DNA of 64,000 nucleotides, taken from positions 73,899 to 137,898 of the forward strand of contig CALNZI010000006.1 of the NCBI GenBank assembly GCA_942491275.1, in the 5' to 3' direction. Numbering within the stretch: the first letter of the stretch is position 1; each line of letters opens with the position of its first letter. The translations under genes were made by a program, and so were the position numbers. The notes below the pieces were generated by a model, which was not told the origin of the DNA, did no database searches, and worked only from the letters and a program-made list of their open reading frames with translations. The DNA is from Minisyncoccota bacterium. Lineage in GTDB: Bacteria; Patescibacteriota; Minisyncoccia; Phycocordibacterales; UBA9973. Shown piece after piece: positions 18,323 to 27,343 of this stretch.

Positions 18323-18934
18323 TTATTTTAAATTTTTAATCATTTTAATAATCTCTGGAAATTTTGATATGTTAAAGTGCCCGTTTTTACTTTTATAAAT
18401 AATAATATTAGCGTTTTTTAATTTTTTTCTATATTTTTCTGCATGATCTACTGGAACAACACCATCATCTTTAGAAAACATCAGGGTTAAATTCTTTGAA
18501 TTTTTTTCTAGTAAAGATAGGTCTGATTTTAATTTGAAACCACCAACTAAATCTTCCCCAACTGTCGTATTATCAAATGGAGCACAAATTAAATAAGTAG
18601 CTAATATTTTTTTAGGAAATTTATTTTCAGAAAGATATCTAGCAAGAAATGTTCCTCCTAAAGAAGAGCCAATTAATATAATATTATTTCTTAATAAAGG
18701 AAAATGTCTTTCAAAATGAATTTTCCATTCATCATATTTAGAATAATCCTGAAGAGGCATTCTTGGCTTAATGATCTCAAATTTTCTTCCTAATTCTTTA
18801 TCAAAATAATCATCAGCCCATCTGATTCTCTTCTTAGTGGAGACGTCTCTTGTTTTTAAAAATTTTAAATAATCTTTTTTATTTTTAAAAGTCATTCCTC
18901 CGTGAACCATTAATATTTGTCTTTTATTTTTCAT
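18323..18934 (-). CDS. alpha/beta-fold serine hydrolase (YdeN/RBBP9-like)
   Basis: 203 aa. Nucleophile elbow GSSLGG, with a later D and H (GHF). 1-nt gaps to murD and murC. Confidence 0.55.
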   Translation of the reverse strand: MKNKRQILMVHGGMTFKNKKDYLKFLKTRDVSTKKRIRWADDYFDKELGRKFEIIKPRMPLQDYSKYDEWKIHFERHFPLLRNNIILIGSSLGGTFLARYLSENKFPKKILATYLICAPFDNTTVGEDLVGGFKLKSDLSLLEKNSKNLTLMFSKDDGVVPVDHAEKYRKKLKNANIIIYKSKNGHFNISKFPEIIKMIKNLK

Positions 18935-18935
18935 A

Positions 18936-20265
18936 CTACTTTAAATTTTTTACTATTTTTATAAATAAATCATTTCTTTCGTATTCATTATTAAATACTC
19001 CAAATGAAGCAAAGGCTGGTGAAAAAAGAATTATATCTCCTCTTGAGGCAAGGCCTAAAGGATTTTTTAATTGCCTCTTTTAAGTCTTTAGCTTTTTCAT
19101 TTTTAATTCCTAATTTATAATTCTTAATTAATCGGTCCGTCCCTGCTCCTGGAATCGTAATTACTGCCTTACAATTTTTATCAATGGTTTTCCCTAAATC
19201 CTTTAAATTTAACTTCTTGTCTGAACCTCCGCAGATAAGAATAATATTTTTCTTATTACTTTTTAATGCTTCAATTCCGGCAATAGTAGCAGAAGGCGTT
19301 GTAGCATTATTATCATTATAAATCTTTATTCCCCGGTAGGTTCTCAGATGCTGCATTCTTCCTTCCAAATTTTTAAATTTGGAAATAGTTTTTTTAATTT
19401 TCCCCATTGGAATTTTAAATTGTTTAGCTACTTCAACCGCACAGGCTAAATTCTCACGATGGTGTTCCCCTGGGACATTAAATACCCAATTTTTAACATT
19501 TTTATTATCAACTATAATTAATTTACTTTTAATATTTTTTGGGATTAATTTTTTAATTTCTGGACGAATAATTAAAACATCACTTTTTTTCTGATATTTA
19601 TAAATATTAGCTTTATCATTAAAATAATTTTTCATTGAATTTTTATAATAATTCATATGATCAGGCATAAATGTAGTAAAAACAGAAATATGGGGAGAAA
19701 TTCTTGCTTCACCGAATCCCTGCAATTGCCATGAATCAAGTTCACAAACTAGAATATCTCCACCTTTTACTTTCTCCAATAAAGGCAATGTGGCTAACCC
19801 ACGAAGATTTCCTCCCACATGAACCTTTCTCCCTTTAATGTTCTGTTTTAAAATTTCATAAATCAGTGTAGTGGTCATTGACTTCCCTCTTGTTCCTGTA
19901 ACTCCAACAATCATTACACCCGGAGCTGATTTTGCAAATAAAGATACATCCATTTCTATGGGAATTTTATTTTTCCTAGCTGTTTTTAAATAAATTGAAT
20001 CGTCGGGAACTCCAGCCGCTTTAATTATCATATCTCGATTTTTAAAATCTTTAATTTGATGTTTTCCTAGCGTAAATTTTATGTTTTTATATTTCAATAA
20101 AGCTTTTAAAGAATTATTTAAATCTTTTTTATTTTTCAGATCAGTTACAATTAAATCTGCCCCGCATTCGGCTAAAAACTTAGTATAACCTAGACCTCTC
20201 CCCAAAAGACCCAAGCCCATAATGGTTATTTTTTTACCCTTAAATTGTTGTTTGTAGTTTTTCAT
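18936..20265 (-). CDS. murD: UDP-N-acetylmuramoylalanine--D-glutamate ligase, interrupted by a frame change near 19050-19079
   Basis: P-loop GVTGTRGKSMTT. The track ORF ends in the aberrant tail ..SFRPCLKRRYNSFFTSLCFIWSI (stop at 18991). Another frame encodes the canonical MurD C-terminus LASRGDIILFSPAFASFGVFNNEYERNDLF..*, ending at 18936, 1 nt before the next ATG. Confidence 0.85.
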
Positions 20266-20266
20266 T

Positions 20267-21934
20267 CTAAATCACTTCCTGCTGATAACATTGTTCACAG
20301 TATACTATCTCAGACCTATCTGGGGAATAGTTTGTTTTTATATCCTTATTACAATGAGCGCACTTACGATCCCAGAATTTATAAGGTCCTCGTCTTTGAA
20401 CTCTGTCTTGATGTCGACAAAAAAAACACTTTCTCGGAATCGGCAAAACCATTTTTCGATAAAACAACAACTCCTGTTCAGTAATTTTATAATTTCTCTG
20501 ACAATCTATACATTTTAATACTTCTTTTGTAATTTCATCTTTAATATTATTTATGTGATCAGATATTTCTTCTGGTTGCAATGTTTCTTTACCTATTGTT
20601 ACTTGAATCCCCTCCTCCCATTTATAACCCAAAGACAAGGCTTCTTCTTTTGTTAAAGGCATATTGTCTTGCCCTATTGTCTCATTATAGGCAAAAGGCG
20701 CTAATTCTGGTGGTATCATTAATCCGTAAACTTCTTTTTGTTTTAATTCTGTGATTATATATTCTTTTATTTTTTCATATTCCTTTTTAGTGTATTGCTT
20801 ATTTAAAATACAATATTCCTTATTTCTTAAACCATCACATCCAATACAATCATGACAATTATGCAATGAGACCGAATATATAATATTCTGTGAATGAGTG
20901 ATATTGCAAGAACCTATTATATTGGAAGAGTAGCCCGTGGCAACACACTCAAGAAGTCTATCAGCCCTAAATCCAAATCCTGTTGCTCCAATAGAATCTT
21001 TCGTCTCCTTGGTTGCAAATAAGTATTTACTATCTTCACATTTAGTTTCCTCAAAAGAATTTTTAACATTTTTACACTCAATAAGATAATCACCTGTTGA
21101 GTTTATGGATTTTAAATTATTATTTTCACGGGCTGGTTGTTCTTTTTTAAATTCAATAAATTTCTTTTTAAATTCCTCTATCTTAAAATAACTTCCTAAA
21201 ATTTCATTAGTAAATTTATCGTACTCTTCTTTGGAGACTTCTTTATTAAAAATATGGTGAGATTTATTTCTTAAATTTACACAACCAAAACAATTGGTAC
21301 AACCACTAAGATCTGAAACAAAATGACAATCAACACAACCGCTAATATTCTTTCCGTAAATTATTTTGGAAGACTTAGAAAAACTCACACACTCATATAT
21401 TAATTCTGATTTAAACCCATAGTAAGAATCTGCTATTTCTTGTGAATGTCGAACTCCTCGTGTATAAAGAGACTCTTCGGCTGGTCCCGTATTAAAAACT
21501 AAGTAACAATTCTTTAAACCACCAGCAAAATTACAATAATCACTATTTACATTACCCCCAATATCATCAGAGATATAGGTGGTTCTTTTGAGAACCTTTT
21601 TAAAAAGTTCATCCAATTGTTCAAAAAATGGTTTATTGAGATCATAATCCATAGCATAATCACCAGGGTTCCACTTATCTGATTTATAATAATCATGGGA
21701 AACAACCAGGTAGTCTGATTTTGGATTATACATTGAAATAATAGGTTCTCCTGTCTTATCACACTTACGGTTATATAAAGTCATTTCGTTCCTCCATAAA
21801 GCTCTTGCTTTAAACCGACAGTTAGGACATTCTCCTGGAATAGAAGCCCCCATTTTTTCATAGAAAGAAAAATCATCTTCTTCTAGAACGAAGTTTCCTT
21901 TACATCTATTGCATTGTCGATTTTCAGTTTTCAT
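20267..21934 (-). CDS. Cys-rich zinc-ribbon repeat protein, paralog 3 (function unknown)
   Basis: 555 aa. N- and C-terminal CxxC...CPxC ribbons with an FYEKM/FYRKM motif. The internally duplicated middle region has halves ending CTNCFGCVNLRNK / CHDCIGCDGLRNK. Confidence 0.75.
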   Translation of the reverse strand: MKTENRQCNRCKGNFVLEEDDFSFYEKMGASIPGECPNCRFKARALWRNEMTLYNRKCDKTGEPIISMYNPKSDYLVVSHDYYKSDKWNPGDYAMDYDLNKPFFEQLDELFKKVLKRTTYISDDIGGNVNSDYCNFAGGLKNCYLVFNTGPAEESLYTRGVRHSQEIADSYYGFKSELIYECVSFSKSSKIIYGKNISGCVDCHFVSDLSGCTNCFGCVNLRNKSHHIFNKEVSKEEYDKFTNEILGSYFKIEEFKKKFIEFKKEQPARENNNLKSINSTGDYLIECKNVKNSFEETKCEDSKYLFATKETKDSIGATGFGFRADRLLECVATGYSSNIIGSCNITHSQNIIYSVSLHNCHDCIGCDGLRNKEYCILNKQYTKKEYEKIKEYIITELKQKEVYGLMIPPELAPFAYNETIGQDNMPLTKEEALSLGYKWEEGIQVTIGKETLQPEEISDHINNIKDEITKEVLKCIDCQRNYKITEQELLFYRKMVLPIPRKCFFCRHQDRVQRRGPYKFWDRKCAHCNKDIKTNYSPDRSEIVYCEQCYQQEVI

Positions 21935-21937
21935 AAA

Positions 21938-23608
21938 TTAGATAACCTCTTGTTGGTAACACTTCTCACAATATAAAATTGGAGCAACTTCTTTTGTTAA
22001 GTTTGTTAAAGTATTTTCTCCACAGCTTGAACAGTCTCTATTAAAGAACTCCATGGAACCTCGAAGAACAACACGATCTTCGTATCGACAATAAAAACAC
22101 TTCCTCGGAATCGGCAAAACCATTTTTCGGTAGAAAAGTAATTCTTGCTCAGTAATTTTATAGTTTCTTTCACAGGAAATACACTTTAATATCTCTTTAG
22201 TAATTTTACCCTCAACATCATTTATATGATCAGGAATTTCTTCTATTTGTAATGTTTCTTTGCTTTTAGTCATTTGAATATCATCTTCCCAGCGGAAACC
22301 TTGAGCTAAAGCCTCCTCTCTAGAAAATGGCATATTGGTTTGAGCTATTGTTTCATTATAAGCAAATGGCGCTATTTCTGGAGGCATCATTAAGCCGTGG
22401 ATTCCCAAATCTACGAGCTCCTTAATTATGTGTGTCTTTAATTCTTCATATTCTTCTTTAGAATATTCTTTATTAAAAATAGAATATTTACCGTTTCTTA
22501 AAGCATCACAACCAATACAATGTTGGCAATTTCTTAAATCAAAGGAATACATAATATTACTAGAATTTTCAGCCCAAAAAGAGCCTATTACATTACTAGA
22601 AAATCCAGTCGCAACCACTTCCAACAATAAATCAGATTTTGTTCCATAGCCGATAGTTCCCAAAGAATCCTTTATGTTCTTTGAGGAAAATAGATAGCGA
22701 CAATCCTCTGCCTTAGCAGCTTCAAATGAATTAAAAACATTCTTACATTCAAAAAGATAATCTCCTGTGGAATTAAATGCTTTAAGATTATTGTTTGCTC
22801 TTCGAGGAAGAGCTTTTAAAAATTCAAAAAATTTATTTTTTGCTTCTTCTGTTTTTTTATAACTTCCTCTTATTTCTTCAATCCTTTTTTTATATTCCTC
22901 GGGACTCAATCGTTCATTAAAATAGTGATTACTTTTATTTCTTAAATTAACACAACCAAAACAATTAGTAAGACCACTTCCATTTAAAACAAAAGAAGAG
23001 TCAACACAACTAATTATATTTTGTCCCCATAAAATACCCGATGATTCTTGAACATTTATACATTCATAACAATTTTCAAATTTAACACCAAAATAAATAT
23101 CAGAAGAAAAAACTCCACTATTAACTCCTCGAGAATACAATAATTCTTCGGAAGGACTAGTATTAAAAACTAAATAGCAATTTTTACAACCACCAGCCAT
23201 GTTTACATATTCACTATTTATATTTTGTCCATCGCCAGTAGAAATACCCAAATTTATTTTAGGAACTTTTATTAAAAATTCTTTCATTTGATCAAAGAAT
23301 GGTCGGGTTTTATCGTATTCTGTTGCGTAATCCTTAGGATCCCAATTCTCAGAATAAAAACAATCATAACAATACTTTTTATATGGCGATTTGGGATTAT
23401 ACATTGTAATAATACTTTTTTGACACACATCACATTTTTGCCCTGAATAAAGCATTGTTTCATTCCTCCACATAGCCCTCATTTTAAAACGACAATCTGG
23501 GCAAACATTTGGTGCAGGAACTTTCATTTTTTCATAGAAAGAGAAATCATCTTCTTCTAAAATAAAGTTTTCTTTACATCTATTGCATTGTCGATTTTCA
23601 GTTTTCAT
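21938..23608 (-). CDS. Cys-rich zinc-ribbon repeat protein, paralog 2 (function unknown)
   Basis: Start chosen at MKTENRQCNRC (ATG 23608) by comparison with the paralogs. The track ORF starts 12 codons earlier and overlaps the upstream gene. Confidence 0.75.
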   Translation of the reverse strand: MKTENRQCNRCKENFILEEDDFSFYEKMKVPAPNVCPDCRFKMRAMWRNETMLYSGQKCDVCQKSIITMYNPKSPYKKYCYDCFYSENWDPKDYATEYDKTRPFFDQMKEFLIKVPKINLGISTGDGQNINSEYVNMAGGCKNCYLVFNTSPSEELLYSRGVNSGVFSSDIYFGVKFENCYECINVQESSGILWGQNIISCVDSSFVLNGSGLTNCFGCVNLRNKSNHYFNERLSPEEYKKRIEEIRGSYKKTEEAKNKFFEFLKALPRRANNNLKAFNSTGDYLFECKNVFNSFEAAKAEDCRYLFSSKNIKDSLGTIGYGTKSDLLLEVVATGFSSNVIGSFWAENSSNIMYSFDLRNCQHCIGCDALRNGKYSIFNKEYSKEEYEELKTHIIKELVDLGIHGLMMPPEIAPFAYNETIAQTNMPFSREEALAQGFRWEDDIQMTKSKETLQIEEIPDHINDVEGKITKEILKCISCERNYKITEQELLFYRKMVLPIPRKCFYCRYEDRVVLRGSMEFFNRDCSSCGENTLTNLTKEVAPILYCEKCYQQEVI

Positions 23609-23612
23609 ATTA

Positions 23613-25274
23613 TTAAGATATTTCTTTTTGATAACACTTCTCACAGTGTATCTTATATTTATAATGTTTGTTTTTAGAATAGGTCGTTAATATTTTTTGA
23701 CTACAGGAAACACAAGATGTTTCATTTAAGAAACGTGGATTGCGTCTATCCATTCTATCTTGATGTCGACAATTGAAACATTTTTTAGGGATAGACAAAC
23801 CCATCCTTTTATAAAAAGCAATTTCTCGAGAAATTAATTTGTAATTTTTCTCGCAGGATTCACATTTAAAAATTTTATCTAAAAGATCATTATTGTAATC
23901 TTTTGGATTTTCTGGTAAATCTTTGTGAAAATAATTTTCTTGCCCCCTTGTACTTGGGATATTTTCTCTCCAAGTAAAACCTTGCTCCAGAGCTTGATCT
24001 TTAGTTAGTGGCATATATTCATTAGCAATTGATTCATTATAAGCAAAAGGGGTCATGGAAGCTTTGAAGAAATTCCCCCAGTCTCCATCTTTTTTCATAG
24101 CCTCAACAATTTGTGAAAATAGTTTTTCATAGTCTTCTTTTGTATATTGCTTATTCAAAATACAATATTCTTTATTTCTTAAGCCAAAACAACCAAGAAG
24201 GTTCTTAGAATTCATGCATGTATCTGAGTAATAAACATGGGAGGAATCGTGAATTAAATGACCAGAAATTAAATTACTACTAGAAACACTCGCTAGGTTT
24301 TGGTAACTATATTCAATATATGGATTAAAGGAAATATCATAGGTTTCTACTGGTTTGCTTGTGGTATAGCAATACCGGCTATTTTCTCCCCCCTGTGAAT
24401 CAAAAGAATAATGAACACTATGCGCATGATAAACGTGATCCCCAGAAACATTTTCATTATGAGATCCATAGGTTGCTCGAGTTGGAATTTTTTTTCTAAG
24501 CTCTTCTTTTTTATTTAAAATATAAATTATACTTGATTCTTCGTTTAATGGATATTTATTTAAAAATTCCTGATACTCTTCTTTTGAAACAGGTTGATTA
24601 AAAATATGATAGGACTTTTGACGTAAGCCAACACAACCAATACAATTAGTACAACCTCGACAATCATAGAGACCAATTGAATCTACGCATGATTCACATT
24701 CCTGAGAATAGAGCAATTTATTACAAGACAAACAATCTACGCAATCATAACAAAGCTCACTTTTGTGAACATATAAATTATCTACACAATCAATTGAGTT
24801 CCAAACTATGTGTCCATAATCACAGGCTTCATCTTCTACACAACCAAAAACTAAATAGCAATTATTAGATTTCCAAGTAAAATTTGAATACTCACAATTA
24901 GTGCTCTTTGTATTCATCAAAGCAAAATGCGGAACTTTATTAAAAAGTTCATCAACTTGATCTAAAAATGGTCTTTCGGGATTATAATCCATGGAATAAT
25001 CCATAGCGTCCCAATCGTCGGTATACCATTCAGGAATATCCCAAACTGGAAACTTTGCATCTGTGTTATACATTGAGATGATCATTTCTTTTGACTTATC
25101 AGATGGGCGTCTGTATAAAGTTTTGAAATTTCTAAAAAGCATCCTCTGTTGATTCCGACAAGTTGGACAAAAATCAGGTGCCGGAACTTTCATTCTTTCA
25201 TAAAAAATAAAATCATTCTCATCAATTAAGAATTCCATCTCGCATTTTTTACAATTTTTATTTTCAGATTTCAT
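23613..25274 (-). CDS. Cys-rich zinc-ribbon repeat protein, paralog 1 (function unknown)
   Basis: 553 aa. Same architecture (MKSENKNCKKCEMEF..FYERM..CPTCR ... CFNCRHQDR ... HCEKCYQKE). Confidence 0.75.
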   Translation of the reverse strand: MKSENKNCKKCEMEFLIDENDFIFYERMKVPAPDFCPTCRNQQRMLFRNFKTLYRRPSDKSKEMIISMYNTDAKFPVWDIPEWYTDDWDAMDYSMDYNPERPFLDQVDELFNKVPHFALMNTKSTNCEYSNFTWKSNNCYLVFGCVEDEACDYGHIVWNSIDCVDNLYVHKSELCYDCVDCLSCNKLLYSQECESCVDSIGLYDCRGCTNCIGCVGLRQKSYHIFNQPVSKEEYQEFLNKYPLNEESSIIYILNKKEELRKKIPTRATYGSHNENVSGDHVYHAHSVHYSFDSQGGENSRYCYTTSKPVETYDISFNPYIEYSYQNLASVSSSNLISGHLIHDSSHVYYSDTCMNSKNLLGCFGLRNKEYCILNKQYTKEDYEKLFSQIVEAMKKDGDWGNFFKASMTPFAYNESIANEYMPLTKDQALEQGFTWRENIPSTRGQENYFHKDLPENPKDYNNDLLDKIFKCESCEKNYKLISREIAFYKRMGLSIPKKCFNCRHQDRMDRRNPRFLNETSCVSCSQKILTTYSKNKHYKYKIHCEKCYQKEIS

Positions 25275-25275
25275 T

Positions 25276-26700
25276 TTATTTCAAATACTTTTTCAATTCC
25301 TCCATGTCGTCAAAATGAGTTTTAACACCCTTCACTTCTTGATAATTTTCGTGACCCTTTCCAGCCACTAAAATAATATCATCAGACTTACTGCCAAATA
25401 ATCCAACAAGGGCCAACGAACAGGCTTTCTCTATGGCTTCATAGCGGTCAGGGATAATATAAACTTTTTTCTCAAAGGGAAGATTCTCAATCCCCTTTTT
25501 CATATCATCTATAATATTGTCTGGATTTTCACTACGAGGATTATCTGAGGTTAAAATTAAAATATCACTTAGATCATATCCAATTCGAGCCATGATAGGG
25601 CGTTTACTTTTTTCTCTATCTCCTCCACAACCAACAACTGAAATTACTCTTGCTTTATTTTTCTTCATTCCTACTATGGTTTTCAAAACATTCTCCAGGG
25701 CATCGGGAGTATGGGCATAATCAACAACACCAGTAACACCTTCTTTGCTCTCAATGTGTTGAAATCTTCCCGGAACAGAATCTAAAATTTTGATTATTTC
25801 TTTTACTTTTTCTTTATCCTGCCCAAGTAAAGTAGCCACACCATAAACAGCTAAGACATTATAAAGATTAAATTCTCCAATCAATCTTGTTTCTAATCTT
25901 TCAGAAAAATCTGCTGAATTTTTTAAACTGTAGGTATATTTTTTAGCTTTAGTTGTATTAATAATAATTGATCCATTGGGATCATCAATGTTAGTCAGGG
26001 TAAAACTACCAATTGAAAGCATTTCAAAGAATCCCCTTTTTGCTTCACGATAATTCTCAAGAGTTTTATGATAATCTAAATGGTCTAAAGTTAAATTTGT
26101 AAAAACTCCTCCAACAAAAGAAAGTCCAATAACTCTTTTTTCAGGAATTGAATGTGAGCTAACTTCCATAAAACAATATTCACATCCTTCATTTACCATA
26201 TCAGAAAGTATTTTATTTAAAGTAACAGCATCTGGTGTTGTTCTATCGGCATCAAAAGATTTATCATTAATTTTATTAACAACAGTCCCAATCATTCCAA
26301 CTTTATGACCAAGCTCGTAAAAAAGCTGATGTAAAAGTGTGGCAATTGTTGTTTTTCCATTAGTCCCAGTAATTCCAACTAATTTTAATTTTCGAGAAGG
26401 ATTGTCATAAAAATTCCCAGCAATAACTCCAATAATATTATGAGTATCGGAAACTTTAATATAAGTAATCCCTTTTCTGTATTCCTCTAAATCTTTCTCA
26501 AAAACAATGACCTTAGCCCCTTTTTCTATAACTTCATTAATAAAGTCATGGCCATCAACCACATTCCCAACCAAAGCAACAAAAAGGGCTCCTTTTTCAA
26601 CTAATTTTGAATTTAAAGAAACAGAAGAAACGGAAGTATTCACATTCCCATGTGACTCTAAAACCGAAACTCCTTTTAATAATTCATTTAATATTTTCAT
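25276..26700 (-). CDS. murE: UDP-N-acetylmuramoyl-L-alanyl-D-glutamate--2,6-diaminopimelate ligase
   Basis: 474 aa. P-loop GITGTNGKTT. The DNPR motif (TSDNPRSE) is typical of DAP-adding MurE. Confidence 0.9.
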   Translation of the reverse strand: MKILNELLKGVSVLESHGNVNTSVSSVSLNSKLVEKGALFVALVGNVVDGHDFINEVIEKGAKVIVFEKDLEEYRKGITYIKVSDTHNIIGVIAGNFYDNPSRKLKLVGITGTNGKTTIATLLHQLFYELGHKVGMIGTVVNKINDKSFDADRTTPDAVTLNKILSDMVNEGCEYCFMEVSSHSIPEKRVIGLSFVGGVFTNLTLDHLDYHKTLENYREAKRGFFEMLSIGSFTLTNIDDPNGSIIINTTKAKKYTYSLKNSADFSERLETRLIGEFNLYNVLAVYGVATLLGQDKEKVKEIIKILDSVPGRFQHIESKEGVTGVVDYAHTPDALENVLKTIVGMKKNKARVISVVGCGGDREKSKRPIMARIGYDLSDILILTSDNPRSENPDNIIDDMKKGIENLPFEKKVYIIPDRYEAIEKACSLALVGLFGSKSDDIILVAGKGHENYQEVKGVKTHFDDMEELKKYLK

Positions 26701-26704
26701 TATT

Positions 26705-27292
26705 TTAATTTTTTAACCATTTATTGTATTCTTCAATAATTTTCTCAACAACACCCTCCAGTGGAATTTTTTCTGTATCAATTATAAAATCAAAATTTTC
26801 TGGAGCAGAATTATTTTCTATTCCATATAATTCTTTATATCTATTTTTTTCTAAAATTAATCTTTCTGAGATAGAGCTCAAAATGTTTTCTTTTGTGTTA
26901 AAATCGTCAGCTGTTTCCAATTGTCGATTAGGATTATTTTTCTTATCTTCTAAAATTCTCTGAGCTGCAATGTTAGGATCAAGTTCAAGAAACACTTTAA
27001 AAGAATTAGGGATAAAATGAAAACCCAAACGTGAATCTAGAACAACGTTATTTTCTGTTTCCCCAATTTTTGTACTTCTCTCATCTACCTCTTTATCAAC
27101 AGATAAATCTGTTTCCGCTGCTTTATTAAGTTCAACGGTGGAAATACCCCTTTCGTTGGCAATGGATCTGAAAAAATCACCCGTAGAAAAATGCTTATAT
27201 TCAAGAATTTCGGCTAATTTCTTTGCGGTAGAAGATTTTCCACTACCTAATTTACCAGCAATGGTAATAATTTGTTTTTTGTTCATTATCAT
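26705..27292 (-). CDS. nucleoside-monophosphate kinase, cytidylate kinase-like
   Basis: 195 aa. P-loop IAGKLGSGKSSTAK; NMP-kinase size and layout. Confidence 0.6.
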   Translation of the reverse strand: MIMNKKQIITIAGKLGSGKSSTAKKLAEILEYKHFSTGDFFRSIANERGISTVELNKAAETDLSVDKEVDERSTKIGETENNVVLDSRLGFHFIPNSFKVFLELDPNIAAQRILEDKKNNPNRQLETADDFNTKENILSSISERLILEKNRYKELYGIENNSAPENFDFIIDTEKIPLEGVVEKIIEEYNKWLKN

Positions 27293-27343
27293 AAGTTTAT
27301 CACAGAAATAGCCAAATAAAAACCCTTGTGATATAGTACTTTT

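Noticed and set aside
27293-27343. The strand switch between the minus-strand block and tsaD/valS as an origin or terminus marker, and the 7-bp inverted repeat tatcaca..tgtgata as an operator.
   Set aside because: This is just a 51-nt divergent promoter region. There is no box cluster, and the inverted repeat is too short to be meaningful without comparative data.
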